A stretch of 64,000 bases of DNA from an uncultured bacterium (lineage in GTDB: Bacteria; Chloroflexota; UBA5177; JANWHV01). The position numbers were made by a program, and so were the translations under genes. The notes under the pieces are model-generated. The model was not told the DNA's origin and did no database searches. It was given only the letters and a program-made list of their open reading frames with translations. Below, piece by piece: positions 33,687-44,786 of the stretch. Positions within the stretch are counted from its first letter, which is position 1. Every line of letters starts with the position of its first letter. The stretch is from positions 384,001 to 448,000 of the forward strand of contig CAWHAE010000016.1 in the NCBI GenBank assembly GCA_963827235.1, written 5' to 3'.

Positions 33687-33912
33687 GAAACCGAACTCCC
33701 GCGCCTCAGGGCGCGGTCCTTTCCACTTCTCATCTTAGGCTGCCGGGCCGGAATGCGCATCCCCAGATGGCATATGGCCTAAAGGAGTGATAGCTGCTCC
33801 CAGCCTCTCACACCCTGCTAGAACGCCGACCGACGAGTTTTCGTCACGCCGCTCCTAAGCGAGCCGCAGGCTACTATCCAAGAGATGGGTTGAGAGGAGA
33901 GGATGGGCGGCA

Positions 33913-36540
33913 GTGACTGCGGAACGCGCACGACTCGAGAGCGACAGTGACGCTTGGCGACGGTGGGGACCATACGTGAGCGACCGGGCCTGGGGCACCG
34001 TGCGCGAGGACTACAGCGCCGACGGTGACGCCTGGACCTATCTGCCGCACGACGCCGCCAGATCGCGGGCCTACCGGTGGAACGAAGACGGGCTTGCCGG
34101 GTTCAGCGACGACCGGCAGCGGCTATGCCTGGCCCTTGCACTTTGGAACACACGCGACCCCATCCTGAAAGAGCGCCTATTTGGGCTCTCCGGACCGGAA
34201 GGAAACCACGGTGAAGACGTCAAGGAGGAGTACTTCTATCAGGACGGCACGCCGTCCCACAGCTACATGCGCATGCTGTACCGGTACCCTCAGCTTCCCT
34301 TCCCGTATGCTTGCTTGGTTGACGAAGCGCGCCGCCGTTCACGCGCGGACCCCGAATTCGAGCTCAGCGATACGGGCATCTTCGACCAGAGCCGCTACTT
34401 CGACGTGACGGTCGAATACGCGAAGTCCGACCCTGACGACATTCTGGTTCGCGTGACGGTCGAGAACGCAGGCCCGGATGCAGCGCCTATCGTCGTGCTG
34501 CCTATCCTGTGGTTCCGTAATAGATGGTCGTGGCAGAGCAGCGAGCGCCCGAGCCTGCGCGCGGCCGACGGCGGAAGCCAGGCAGTTCGTGCCGACGAGC
34601 CCGATCTTGGCAGCATGCTGCTCTGGGCCGAGGACGCCGACGAGCTCATCTTCACCGAGAACGACACGAACGAAACTCGCCTGTTTGGAGCGCCTTGCCC
34701 GGCACCATTCGTCAAGGACGCGTTCCATGCCTACCTGGTCGATGGCAGGCGCGATGCGGTCAACCCGGCTCGCAGCGGAACCAAGGCCGCCGCGGTGTTC
34801 CGCAGATCGGTCCCCGCGGGCGGTTCGATCACCCTGAGATGGCGGCTTGCCGCCCACGGCAGCGAGCCTTTCTCCGGCTTCGACGCCCTCCTGGATCACC
34901 GGCGAAGTGAAGCCGACGAGTTCTATGGGGTACAGCTGGCAGGTATAGCGGACGACGAGCTCAGAGCGATCGCCCGCCAGGCGTACGCGGGGCTCCTGTG
35001 GAGCAAGCAGTACTATCACTACGACGTCAAGCGCTGGCTCGAAGGCGATCCTGGGCAACCAACTCCGCCACCTGAACGGATGCACGCCAGAAATCGCAAA
35101 TGGCTCCACTTGATAAACGCTAGCGTTATGTCAATTCCCGATGCCTGGGAGTACCCATGGTATGCGACCTGGGATCTCGCCTTTAACTGCGTCGCACTGA
35201 CCCGCATCGATCCCGAGTTTGCCAAGTCGCAGATCGAGCTGCTTACTCGCGAGTGGTTCCAGCATCCAAACGGCCAGCTTCCCGCCTACGAGTGGTCGTT
35301 CGACGACGTCAATCCGCCCGTCGTGGCCTGGGCGGCGCTGCGAGTGTTCGAGGTCGAGAAGCGCGTGTACGGCACGGCGGACTATGCGTTTCTCAAGCGC
35401 GTCTTCCACAAGTTGCTGCTCGACTTCACGTGGTGGGTCAATCGCGAGGACTCGGAAGGCAACAACATCTTCCAGGGCGGCTTTCTCGGACTGGACAACA
35501 TCGGTATCTTCGACCGCAGCAAGCCTTTGCCGACCGGCGGCTACATCGAGCAGAGCGACGGCACGAGCTGGATGGGCATGTATTGTCTCAACATGCTCCT
35601 GATCTGTCTCACCCTGGCCGGCGACGATCGCACGTTCGAAGATACGGCCGGCAAGTTCCTCGACCACTTTCTGTTCATTGCCGGCGCCATGCACAACATC
35701 GGCGGCCTGGGCTTTCAGCTGTGGGACGAGGAGGATAGCTTCTTCTACGACATGCTCCACCTTCCCGATGGCCGGCACGTCCCGCTCAAGGTGAGATCCT
35801 GCGTCGGGCTCATCCCGTTGTTCGCGGTCGCGGTGATCGAACCGGCGACCCTAGCCGCCCTACCCGGGTTCAAGGCACGGCTCGAGTGGTTCCTCACACT
35901 GCGGCCCGAGCTGGCCAATCTGATATCGCGTTGGCAAGTGCCCGGCTCGGGCGACGTGCGCCAACTGGCGCTCGTGCGGGGACATCGCCTTAAGTGCCTG
36001 CTGCGCTATGCCCTGGATCCGGACGAGTTCCTGAGCGAGTACGGCGTGCGCAGCCTGAGCAAGTACCACTTACGGCACCCGTACAGCTTGCCGGTAGACG
36101 GCGCAGACTATAGCATCGCTTACGAGCCCGCGGAGTCGCGCAGCGGCACCTTCGGAGGCAACTCCAACTGGCGCGGGCCGGTGTGGTTGCCCATCAACTA
36201 CCTGCTCATCGACGCATTGCACCGGTTCCATGCATACTACGGAAACGACTTCCTGGTCGAGTGCCCGACGGGCTCCGGAACCTTCCTGACTTTGCTGCAA
36301 ATAGCCGACCTGATCGCCGATCGAGTAGTGTCCATATTCCGGCACGATGCTCAGGGCAACAGGCCCTTCGCCGGTACTTGGTCGTCCGGGCATGGGGCCG
36401 GGCATGCGAGCGACCTGCTGCTGTTCCACGAGTATTTCCACGGCGATAGCGGTGAAGGCCTGGGAGCGAGCCACCAAACAGGCTGGACCGCGCTGGTGGC
36501 CAACATCATTCTCTCGCGAGCATCCGGCACCTGGCTCTAG
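33913..36540 (+). CDS. MGH1/GH63-like glycoside hydrolase (glucosidase)
   Basis: [72 protein letters not shown]. Confidence 0.93.
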   Translation: MTAERARLESDSDAWRRWGPYVSDRAWGTVREDYSADGDAWTYLPHDAARSRAYRWNEDGLAGFSDDRQRLCLALALWNTRDPILKERLFGLSGPEGNHGEDVKEEYFYQDGTPSHSYMRMLYRYPQLPFPYACLVDEARRRSRADPEFELSDTGIFDQSRYFDVTVEYAKSDPDDILVRVTVENAGPDAAPIVVLPILWFRNRWSWQSSERPSLRAADGGSQAVRADEPDLGSMLLWAEDADELIFTENDTNETRLFGAPCPAPFVKDAFHAYLVDGRRDAVNPARSGTKAAAVFRRSVPAGGSITLRWRLAAHGSEPFSGFDALLDHRRSEADEFYGVQLAGIADDELRAIARQAYAGLLWSKQYYHYDVKRWLEGDPGQPTPPPERMHARNRKWLHLINASVMSIPDAWEYPWYATWDLAFNCVALTRIDPEFAKSQIELLTREWFQHPNGQLPAYEWSFDDVNPPVVAWAALRVFEVEKRVYGTADYAFLKRVFHKLLLDFTWWVNREDSEGNNIFQGGFLGLDNIGIFDRSKPLPTGGYIEQSDGTSWMGMYCLNMLLICLTLAGDDRTFEDTAGKFLDHFLFIAGAMHNIGGLGFQLWDEEDSFFYDMLHLPDGRHVPLKVRSCVGLIPLFAVAVIEPATLAALPGFKARLEWFLTLRPELANLISRWQVPGSGDVRQLALVRGHRLKCLLRYALDPDEFLSEYGVRSLSKYHLRHPYSLPVDGADYSIAYEPAESRSGTFGGNSNWRGPVWLPINYLLIDALHRFHAYYGNDFLVECPTGSGTFLTLLQIADLIADRVVSIFRHDAQGNRPFAGTWSSGHGAGHASDLLLFHEYFHGDSGEGLGASHQTGWTALVANIILSRASGTWL

Positions 36541-36628
36541 GCTGGCAGGCCAGCAAGGAACAGCGTGGGCTATCATGTGGGGGTACGTCCTCAATGCAGA
36601 AGAACCACCGACACGGGAGAATGCAACA

Positions 36629-38668
36629 GTGATTGAAACGACCGAGGATAGGCAGGCTCGAGAGGATGCCAGTCTGGATAATCTGTGCGTCAATGCCATC
36701 CGTGCGCTATCGATTGACGGTGTGACAAACGCCAATTCCGGGCACCCAGGCATGCCTCTGGGCGCGGCGCCGATGGCGTACGTGCTGTGGACGCGTTTCC
36801 GCAAGCACTCGCCGACTCATCCGAACTGGATGGATCGCGATCGATTCGTACTTTCGGCCGGGCACGCCTCGATGCTGCTGTACAGCCTGCTCCACCTGAC
36901 GGGCTACGATCTCTCGCTCGACGACATCAAGGCGTTCCGCCAATGGAACAGCAAGACGCCGGGACACCCCGAACATCACCTTACACCCGGCGTGGACACC
37001 ACGACCGGGCCGCTCGGTCAGGGTCTGGGAAACGCGGTGGGCATGGCCGTCGCCGAGGCCTACCTCGCTGCGCACTTCAATCGGCCCGGGCACGAGATCG
37101 TCGATCACTACACGTACGTGCTCTGCTCCGACGGCGACCTGATGGAAGGCATCTCCTCCGAGTCGGCATCGATGGCAGGGCACATGCGCCTGCACAAGCT
37201 CATCGTGCTTTACGATGACAACAGTATCTCGCTCGACGGGCCCACGTCGCTGACCTTCGACCAAGAGGACGTCTCCCTGCGGTTCGAGGCGCAGGGATGG
37301 AACGTGCTCTTCGTCGAGGACGGCAACGACCTCGAGGCGATCGACGGTGCCATCCGCGCGGCTCAGGAGGAGCACGAGAAGCCGACCCTCATTCGCGTGA
37401 AGACGCACATCGGCTTCGGCAGCCCCAAGCAGGACTCGAGCAAGGCGCACGGCAGCGCCTTCTCGGCGGACGAGGTGATCGCCACAAAGCGCAACCTCGG
37501 CTGGCCGAGCGAAGAGCCCTTCTGGCTGCCGCAGGAAGCCGTCGACCACTTCCGCGAGGCGGTGGGGAAAGGTGCCGCGGCGCAGAGCGAATGGCAGGAT
37601 CGGCTCGCCGCCTACGCCAAGGCCTTCCCCGAGCTGGCTGAGCAGTGGAACCTCGCCACGAACGGGAAACTACCGGAAGGCTGGGACGCCGACATACCGG
37701 TATTCGGCCCCGACGACGCTCAGGCGACGCGGCAGGCAAGCGGGAAGGTGCTCAACGCCATAGCGCCGAAGCTGCCGACCCTCATTGGAGGCTCGGCGGA
37801 TCTCTCGTCGTCCACTGAGACCGACCTCAAAGGCTTCGGCGTATTCGGTCCGGGCAAGTACGCCGGGCGCAACATCTACTTCGGCGTGCGCGAGCATGCC
37901 ATGGCGTCGGCGCTGAATGGCATGACGCTGCACTACGGCGTCAGGCCTTTCGGCGGCACCTTCCTGATGTTCTACACCTACATGGCCAACCCCGTGCGCA
38001 TGGCCGCGCTGATGGCCGCGCCCTCCATCTTCGTATACACGCACGACACCGTCGGACTCGGCGAGGACGGACCGACCCACCAGCAGGTTGAGGTCTTGTC
38101 CGCCCTCCGAGCCATCCCGAACATGGTCACGCTAAGGCCAGCCGATGCGAATGAGACTGCCGAGGCATGGCGTGCGGCCATAGCACGGCAGGATGGGCCG
38201 ACGGCGCTCTGCTTCTCGCGGCAGAAACTGCCGATTCTCGACCACTCGGAAGGCGATCCGGTCGGCGCCACCCGGCAAGGGGCCTACATTCTGACCCGCG
38301 AGTCCGGCAAGGATACGCCGGATGTCATCCTGATTGGCGCCGGGTCTGAAGTGCAGCTGCTGGTCGGCGCGCGCGCTATCCTGCAGCGCGACGGTCTCGC
38401 CGTTCGCGTGGTCAGTATGCCTTCGCAGGAGCTCTTCCTGGCTCAGCCGAGAGAGTATCGTGACCGCGTGCTGCCGCCGAGCGTACGGGCCCGACTTGCC
38501 TGCGAGGCGGCGGCGAGCCAGCCGTGGTACCGCTTCGTCGGCCTGGATGGCGACGTACTCGCACTCGATCGCTTCGGCGCCTCGGCGCCGGCCGGCGTGA
38601 TTTTCAAGCAGCTCGGCTTCACGCCTGAGAACGTAGCAGCTCGCGCGCGTGCCCTGCTCAACAACTAG
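36629..38668 (+). CDS. tkt: Transketolase
   Basis: [43 protein letters not shown]. Confidence 0.98.
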   Translation: MIETTEDRQAREDASLDNLCVNAIRALSIDGVTNANSGHPGMPLGAAPMAYVLWTRFRKHSPTHPNWMDRDRFVLSAGHASMLLYSLLHLTGYDLSLDDIKAFRQWNSKTPGHPEHHLTPGVDTTTGPLGQGLGNAVGMAVAEAYLAAHFNRPGHEIVDHYTYVLCSDGDLMEGISSESASMAGHMRLHKLIVLYDDNSISLDGPTSLTFDQEDVSLRFEAQGWNVLFVEDGNDLEAIDGAIRAAQEEHEKPTLIRVKTHIGFGSPKQDSSKAHGSAFSADEVIATKRNLGWPSEEPFWLPQEAVDHFREAVGKGAAAQSEWQDRLAAYAKAFPELAEQWNLATNGKLPEGWDADIPVFGPDDAQATRQASGKVLNAIAPKLPTLIGGSADLSSSTETDLKGFGVFGPGKYAGRNIYFGVREHAMASALNGMTLHYGVRPFGGTFLMFYTYMANPVRMAALMAAPSIFVYTHDTVGLGEDGPTHQQVEVLSALRAIPNMVTLRPADANETAEAWRAAIARQDGPTALCFSRQKLPILDHSEGDPVGATRQGAYILTRESGKDTPDVILIGAGSEVQLLVGARAILQRDGLAVRVVSMPSQELFLAQPREYRDRVLPPSVRARLACEAAASQPWYRFVGLDGDVLALDRFGASAPAGVIFKQLGFTPENVAARARALLNN

Positions 38669-38679
38669 GAGATTCGAAT

Positions 38680-39816
38680 ATGGCTGCAAACGCATTGGGG
38701 ATACTGCAGGAGCATGGTCAGAGCCCGTGGATCGACAACATCACGCGTGGCATGTTGACCGGCGGTGAGCTGCAGAGGCTGATCGACCTCGGAGTAGTTG
38801 GCCTCACCTCCAACCCAACCATCTTCCAGAAGGCTATCGGCGGCAGCGCCGATTACGACCAGGCGCTGGCGGACCTGGTCAAGCAAGGAAAGGACCTCGA
38901 CGCGGTTTACGAGGGACTCGTGCTCGCCGACATCGCCGAGGCGGCGCGCATTCTACGTCCGGTGTTCGACCGCACCGGCGGCCGGGACGGCTTCGTGAGC
39001 ATCGAGGTCTCGCCCGAGCTGGCCTACGAGACAAAGAAGACGGTCGACGACGCCAGCCGTTTCTTTAGCCAGCTTGCCAAGCCGAACATCATGATCAAGG
39101 TGCCGGGCACCACCGAGGGTGTAGCCGCGTTCCGCACTATTACCGGGCTGGGAATCAACGTCAACGTGACGCTTCTGTTCTCGCTGGAAAGCTATCGCGC
39201 CGTGGCAGAAGCATACGTAGACGGCCTCGAAGCGCTCGATCGCGGCGGTAAGCCCATCTCAGGCGTCTCGTCGGTTGCATCGTTCTTCGTGAGCAGGGTG
39301 GACACCGCCGTCGACGCCATCCTGGAGCAGAAGGCTAAGGACGATGCGGGCCAGGCCTCTCGCTACCGGTCGCTGATGGGGAAGGCCGCTATCGCCAACG
39401 CGAAGCTCGCCTACACAGAGATCTACAAACAGGTGTTCAGCGGCGCTCGCTGGGAAGCTCTCGCCGCCAAGGGCGCCAGGCGGCAGCGACCGCTATGGGC
39501 GAGTACCAGCACCAAGAACCCGAGCTACCGCGACGTCATCTACGTCGAGGAGTTGATCGGCAAAGACACCGTGAACACGATGCCTCCCGCTACCGTCCAC
39601 GATTTCCTCGACCACGGACGCGTGCGGGACACGCTGGAGGAAGATCTCGACGGCGCCTGGAAGGTGATGCAGGAACTGAGCGATGCCGGCGTCGACATTG
39701 ACCAGGTGACAACCAAGCTGCAAAAGGACGGCGTAGACTCGTTTGCCAAGTCGTTCCGGGATCTCATGGGTACTATTGAAGCTCGGCGCAAGGAGATGGC
39801 GGCCCGCGTAGGGTAA
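38680..39816 (+). CDS. tal: Transaldolase
   Basis: GLTSNPTIF, VSIEVSP, MIKVPGT, NVTLLFS, SFFVSRVD, LWASTSTK. Confidence 0.97.
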   Translation: MAANALGILQEHGQSPWIDNITRGMLTGGELQRLIDLGVVGLTSNPTIFQKAIGGSADYDQALADLVKQGKDLDAVYEGLVLADIAEAARILRPVFDRTGGRDGFVSIEVSPELAYETKKTVDDASRFFSQLAKPNIMIKVPGTTEGVAAFRTITGLGINVNVTLLFSLESYRAVAEAYVDGLEALDRGGKPISGVSSVASFFVSRVDTAVDAILEQKAKDDAGQASRYRSLMGKAAIANAKLAYTEIYKQVFSGARWEALAAKGARRQRPLWASTSTKNPSYRDVIYVEELIGKDTVNTMPPATVHDFLDHGRVRDTLEEDLDGAWKVMQELSDAGVDIDQVTTKLQKDGVDSFAKSFRDLMGTIEARRKEMAARVG

Positions 39817-39850
39817 CACGCTATCGCCCCGAGTCGGAGTACGTTGCCAT

Positions 39851-39900
39851 GGCACGGCCCGAACAGGGATCGAGCGAAGTTCGCCTGTTTGGGCCGTGCC
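39851..39900 (+). terminator. GC-rich hairpin after tal
   Basis: GGCACGGCCCGAACAGG...CCTGTTTGGGCCGTGCC (17 bp, one G-U). No clear U-tract. Confidence 0.5.
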
Positions 39901-40082
39901 GCGTGTTCCGGCAACCGCTACATGCCGGGCCGGGCGTCCGCGGCCACGAGCTTTTCGGGCAAGCCGCGGCGGGAACCATACTGGCGGCGTACGCATTCGG
40001 CGGCTAGCTCCGGCCCGGTCGGTGCGCTACCATGATGCACATGCGGTCACGCGGCGTGACGGCACTTAAGCCGCGGAGGGTA

Positions 40083-40502
40083 ATGGCCACGGACGCGAAA
40101 GAGCTCGAATCCCGATCTGCTCAGGTGCTCGTACCCAGCACCGGCGTGGACGCTGCGGAGATTCATCGCATCGCGCGGGCCGTGGAACGCTGGGGACAGC
40201 GATTCCTCGACCGCGTGTACACGCCGGCGGAGCAACGGTACTGCGGGAAACGGATGCAGCGCCTGGCAGGCCGTTTCGCCGCCAAGGAGGCAATCAGCAA
40301 AGTGCTCGGCACGGGCGTACGCTTCATCCGCTGGCGCGAGATAGAGATCCTGCCTGATCCACGAGGCAAGCCGGTAGTGACCCTCTACGGCAGGGCGGCA
40401 AGCGTGGCAGCGGCGCTTGATCTGGGCGAGATCAGCGTCAGCATCACGCATACCGGAGACCTCGCGCTGGCCTTCGCCATGGCGCTGGGCGGCAACTGCT
40501 AG
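40083..40502 (+). CDS. acpS: Holo-ACP synthase
   Basis: GVD..E, LAGRFAAKEA.SK, GKP, VSITH. GGAGG SD. Confidence 0.95.
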   Translation: MATDAKELESRSAQVLVPSTGVDAAEIHRIARAVERWGQRFLDRVYTPAEQRYCGKRMQRLAGRFAAKEAISKVLGTGVRFIRWREIEILPDPRGKPVVTLYGRAASVAAALDLGEISVSITHTGDLALAFAMALGGNC

Positions 40503-40506
40503 AGAA

Positions 40507-42039
40507 ATGAAGCCACTCGTATCGTCGGCCGAGATGAGAGCGGCAGAAGCTGCCGCTGATGCGCGCGGATTGGTGCTTCCAGCGCTTATGCAGCTTGCGG
40601 CGCACGGCGCCGCCGAGGGGTTGCTTGCCGCGCAACGTCCAGGCCATGACCGTTACCTCGTCCTGGCCGGGCCCGGCAACAACGGCGGCGACGCCCTCGT
40701 GGTGGCGGGCCTGCTGCGGGACCGCGGCGCGCAGGTCCGCCTCCTCACCTATCGCCGTGACGCGCCATCGCCGGTCGATCCGCCCGGCATGGTACGCGCC
40801 GATCTGGTTGCCGCCTCGGCTGCGCGATCGCTTGCCGATTCGGTAACCTGGTGCGACGTGCTCGTGGACGGCGTTCTCGGCATCGGCCGTGCACGGCCCA
40901 TCGAGCCCGATCTGGCCGCCATTCTCACGGTACTCAACCAAACGCCGCACCGTCCCTGGGTCGTCGCCCTGGACGTCCCTACCGGCGTTGACGCCGACAG
41001 CGGGCGAATTGATCCCGCTGCGCTTCGCGCCGACGAAACCTACACGTTCGGCTACGTAAAGAGAGGGCTCGTGCTGCAGCCGGCGGCCACCTACTGCGGG
41101 GCGGTGCGCCTCGTGGACGTCGGACTCCCACTCGTTCCGGCAGTACGCGTGTCGGCCTGGCAGCCGGAACCAGCCGACGTCGCTGGGTGCCTGCCACGGC
41201 GGACCTCGGACTCGAACAAGTATCGCGCGGGCGCCGTGCTTGCCGTGGCCGGTTCACGGGAGTACGTGGGCGCACCGATTCTGGCGGCGACGGCGGCGAT
41301 GCGTGCCGGTGCGGGCTATGTCACCCTGGCCGCGCGAGAAGACGTGGTGCAGAGGCTTGCCACTCGCCTGTTGGAGACGACCATGCTCGTCCTGCCGCCG
41401 GACACGACTGGTGCCCTCGGCGCGCTGGCTGAGGCCGCCGGCCGGTACCATGCCCTGCTCGTTGGGCCCGGGCTGGGGCGAACCGGCGATGCCATACGCC
41501 TAGTACTCGACCTGCTTGCCCGGCCACCGCACGGCCCCCGAGCCGCGGTGGTCGATGCCGACGCGCTCTTCGCCCTGAGCTCTGAGCCCGGTTGGTGGTC
41601 ATCGGTGCGTCTACCGCTGGTACTCACACCGCACGCGGGCGAGATGGCGCGACTCACCGGTTTGAAAGCCGAGCAAGTAGACGAACGCAGGCTCGAGCTG
41701 GCCGCCGAGTGGGCCGAGACGTGGAAGCAGGTTGTCCTGCTCAAGGGTTCTCCAACTATCGTCGCCTCACCCGATGGGCGCATCGCGATCAATCCCACCG
41801 GCAACCCGCTCCTCGCAACAGCTGGAAGCGGCGACGTCCTGACAGGCGTGATCGCGGCCCTGCTGGCCGGCGGCGTGGCTCCGTTCGAAGCTGCGATGTG
41901 CGGGGCGTACCTGCACGGCCTGGCAGCGGATCTTGCCGTACCCGAGTTTGGCGATCGCGGCTTGCTGGCCGGCGATCTGTTCGATTACCTGCCCAGGGCG
42001 GTCGTGCACGTGGTGCGCGCGGGCACGGAGCACAGCTGA
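40507..42039 (+). CDS. nnr: Bifunctional NAD(P)H-hydrate epimerase/dehydratase (YjeF)
   Basis: GPGNNGGD, ALDVPTG, GPGLG, VDADAL, LTPHAGE, ATAGSGDVLTG. Confidence 0.95.
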   Translation: MKPLVSSAEMRAAEAAADARGLVLPALMQLAAHGAAEGLLAAQRPGHDRYLVLAGPGNNGGDALVVAGLLRDRGAQVRLLTYRRDAPSPVDPPGMVRADLVAASAARSLADSVTWCDVLVDGVLGIGRARPIEPDLAAILTVLNQTPHRPWVVALDVPTGVDADSGRIDPAALRADETYTFGYVKRGLVLQPAATYCGAVRLVDVGLPLVPAVRVSAWQPEPADVAGCLPRRTSDSNKYRAGAVLAVAGSREYVGAPILAATAAMRAGAGYVTLAAREDVVQRLATRLLETTMLVLPPDTTGALGALAEAAGRYHALLVGPGLGRTGDAIRLVLDLLARPPHGPRAAVVDADALFALSSEPGWWSSVRLPLVLTPHAGEMARLTGLKAEQVDERRLELAAEWAETWKQVVLLKGSPTIVASPDGRIAINPTGNPLLATAGSGDVLTGVIAALLAGGVAPFEAAMCGAYLHGLAADLAVPEFGDRGLLAGDLFDYLPRAVVHVVRAGTEHS

Positions 42040-42081
42040 CATCGTCGTATCTCCCAGCGCCGCAAACGTGAAGGAATCAAG

Positions 42082-42567
42082 ATGAAAGTTCGCGAGATCA
42101 TGACGACCGCTCCCATTACTGTGGAGGCCGGCACGCCGGTTATGCGGGTAGCCCGCGTGCTGTTCGATAACCGGCTGCCCGGAGTGCCCGTCGTTGACGA
42201 GCAGGGGAGCCTGCTCGGCGTGGTCACGGAAGCGGATCTCATCGTGCGAAACGCCAATCTGCACCTGCCTCGATTCCTGACCTTCATCGACTCCTTGATG
42301 CCGGCTGGCACCATGCGCGAGTTTGACGCCGAGGTACGCCGCATGCTCGCCACGAGCGCGGGAGAGGTGATGAGCGACAAGCTGGTCACCATATCGCCGG
42401 AGGCGGACGTGGCAGAGGCAGCCACGGTCATGTTCGAGCGACATGCCAATCCACTGCCGGTCGTGGAGGGCGGGAGGCTCGTCGGCTCGATCTGCCGCAG
42501 CGACCTGGTGCGGCTGATGCTGCTGGAGGAAGAACAGTCGGCGGCGGAAAGCGCTGGGCGACAGTGA
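42082..42567 (+). CDS. CBS domain protein
   Basis: KVREIMT, GVPVVD..G.LLGVVTEADL, LPVVEGGRLVG. Confidence 0.93.
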   Translation: MKVREIMTTAPITVEAGTPVMRVARVLFDNRLPGVPVVDEQGSLLGVVTEADLIVRNANLHLPRFLTFIDSLMPAGTMREFDAEVRRMLATSAGEVMSDKLVTISPEADVAEAATVMFERHANPLPVVEGGRLVGSICRSDLVRLMLLEEEQSAAESAGRQ

Positions 42568-43730
42568 GCACCGGCTTCGCGCCGGCATCGACGGGCGCGG
42601 CATCGCATCGCGCCACTCGCGCTACCGTGCACCTGGACCGCATCGCCTCAAACGTGCGCATCATACGCCGGCTGGCCGGCGACAGCGTCAAAGTGCTCGC
42701 GGTGGTCAAAGCGAACGCCTACGGCCATGGCGCTGTCCCCGTTGCAGTCACAGCGCTCGACCAGGGTGCAAGCTGGCTGGGCGTCGCGTGCGTGGACGAG
42801 GGCCTCGAGCTTCGGAATGCCGGAATATCGGCGCCAATACTTGTCCTCGGCTACGTGGCACCTGCTGAGCTCGAATCGGCCGCACAGACCCGGCTGTCTG
42901 TTGCCCTGGGCACCATGGCGCAGTGTGCCGTCATCGCCACCGCCGCGCGGGGCCTGCGCGAACCCCTCCGCGTGCACCTGAAGATCGACAGCGGCATGGG
43001 CCGATACGGCATCACTCTGGAGCAGTCGCAGGAAGCAGCACGCGAGCTGGCGAAGACTCCGGAGGTCCACGTCGAAGGCTGCTTCACCCACTTCGCGCGA
43101 GGCGAGGAGGAGCCTGCACTGGCGACAGACCACCAGATCGAGATGTTCCGCGAAGCGCTCGGCATCCTCAGCAGACATGGTCTTACACCAGACCTGATCC
43201 ACGCCTCGAACAGCGGAGCGACCCTGATCGCCCCGCACGCCCGCTTCGGCATGGTGCGGGCAGGGCTATTGCTCTACGGCTACCGCCCCGAGCGATCGCT
43301 TGCGCCCGATCTCGAGCTCAGGCCTGCTCTCGAGGTGGAATCGTGCCTCGCCCGAGTGCAAGCGTTACCTGCCGGAGCCGGTATCGGCTACGGCCACACC
43401 TATACCTTGCCCACGCCGGCTACGGTGGGCCTCGTGCCTATGGGCTATGCCGACGGACTGCAGAGGTCGCTATCGGGTAAGGGCTACCTGGTAGCCGGCG
43501 ACTCGCGGGTGCCGATCATCGGTCGCGTGAGCATGGATCAGTGCATCGTCGACTTGTCTGGCGTGGATATGCTTGCCGAGGGCGATCCCGTCGTGGTGAT
43601 CGGCGCTCGCGGGGGCGCCTCGGTGTGGGCCGACGACCTTGCAGATTGGGCCGGCACCATTCCCTACGAGATCCTCTGCGGCATAAGCGCGCGAGTGCCA
43701 CGTACCTATTTGGCTGGTGGAACCCTCTAA
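42564..43730 (+). CDS. alr: Alanine racemase
   Basis: AVVKANAYGHG, HLKIDSGMGR.G, GYADG, GRVSMDQ, TIPYEI. Confidence 0.97.
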   Translation: MSTGFAPASTGAASHRATRATVHLDRIASNVRIIRRLAGDSVKVLAVVKANAYGHGAVPVAVTALDQGASWLGVACVDEGLELRNAGISAPILVLGYVAPAELESAAQTRLSVALGTMAQCAVIATAARGLREPLRVHLKIDSGMGRYGITLEQSQEAARELAKTPEVHVEGCFTHFARGEEEPALATDHQIEMFREALGILSRHGLTPDLIHASNSGATLIAPHARFGMVRAGLLLYGYRPERSLAPDLELRPALEVESCLARVQALPAGAGIGYGHTYTLPTPATVGLVPMGYADGLQRSLSGKGYLVAGDSRVPIIGRVSMDQCIVDLSGVDMLAEGDPVVVIGARGGASVWADDLADWAGTIPYEILCGISARVPRTYLAGGTL

Positions 43731-43850
43731 GCAACCGCCCGATGTCGTGCTATACTTGCGCCATCCTGGGCTGGACAGCGAGCCACGACCGGGGACCCGG
43801 CTCTGCCATGCCAAGCCGCCGGGGTGGCAGGAGGTTGAGAGGATCGCCCA

Positions 43851-44438
43851 ATGTTGTCAATTGTCGTGAGTCTGCCGGATGGCTTGACACACCTTAATTG
43901 GGTTGACTATCTGTTCTTGGTCGTGTTGGTGTACTCAGTGCTGTCTGGCGCCTGGATCGGGTTCTTCGCCGAATGCGTGTCGCTGGCCGGAGTAGCGGCA
44001 GGCACGGTCGTGGCCGGCCTTACGTATCACGACGCCGGCAAGCTGCTGGCCAACGTGGGCGTCCCCGAGGACGCCCGCGACTGGGCGGGCTTTGTCGCCG
44101 TGTTCGTCGTCGTCTCCCTGGTATTCAGACTATGTTCCGTCAAGGCCCACAGGCTGTCGGCGGTGATGGTGCCCGGCCGATCTAATCAGTTGGCTGGGGG
44201 GCTCGTCGGAGTGATCGCCGGCGCCATGATTTGCCTGTTCGCCCTCGTCACGGTGGCCTATTTCCAGGTGGGCAAGGTCGTCGATCCGCTGTACGATTCC
44301 CAGATCGCCCAGCACTCAAAGGGCCTGGTGCAGGAGTTCGTCACGCTGCTCCCTGCGAAAATGCACAAAGTGCCTTGGCCCTGCGAGACGAACAGCCAGA
44401 CAATCTTTTACGGCACATGCTACATCGAGACCAGTTGA
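43851..44438 (+). CDS. CvpA family membrane protein
   Basis: NWVDY...G...GFFAE, four TMs, 'NQLAGGLVG'. Confidence 0.85.
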   Translation: MLSIVVSLPDGLTHLNWVDYLFLVVLVYSVLSGAWIGFFAECVSLAGVAAGTVVAGLTYHDAGKLLANVGVPEDARDWAGFVAVFVVVSLVFRLCSVKAHRLSAVMVPGRSNQLAGGLVGVIAGAMICLFALVTVAYFQVGKVVDPLYDSQIAQHSKGLVQEFVTLLPAKMHKVPWPCETNSQTIFYGTCYIETS

Positions 44439-44495
44439 TGCGCCTTGCGTAGCACGAGATCGGCGGTATTCCACCGTCTCAAAAGGCTCATCCTC

Positions 44496-44524
44496 TAGAC
44501 AGGCCACCTGAGGAAGAGTAAACT
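44496..44524 (+). promoter_or_regulatory. sigma-70 promoter of the 69-aa gene
   Basis: TAGACA-17 nt-TAAACT. Confidence 0.6.
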
Positions 44525-44564
44525 GGCTCCAGCCTTTGGGAATTGAAAACCATGGGAGGACGAG

Positions 44565-44774
44565 ATGGCATTCGCGTACACCAACAAGAAGGGCCAGACC
44601 TATTATCTGCACGAGCAGCTCGTCACGCTCAGGGGTAACAACCGCCGTCAACCGATCTTCTTCTTCGCGCGGCAGCAGAGGGACGGCGTGCTCGAGGCAG
44701 TCCCGGATGGGTGGGAGGTGAAGGAGACACCGAGTTCCGGGATGCCCGTCCTAAAGAGAGTCGCCGTTCAGTAG
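44565..44774 (+). CDS. Small hypothetical protein (69 aa)
   Basis: GGGAGG SD, own promoter, globular basic/aromatic sequence with GC3-biased codons. Confidence 0.8.
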   Translation: MAFAYTNKKGQTYYLHEQLVTLRGNNRRQPIFFFARQQRDGVLEAVPDGWEVKETPSSGMPVLKRVAVQ

Positions 44775-44786
44775 CAGGCGACTGCG

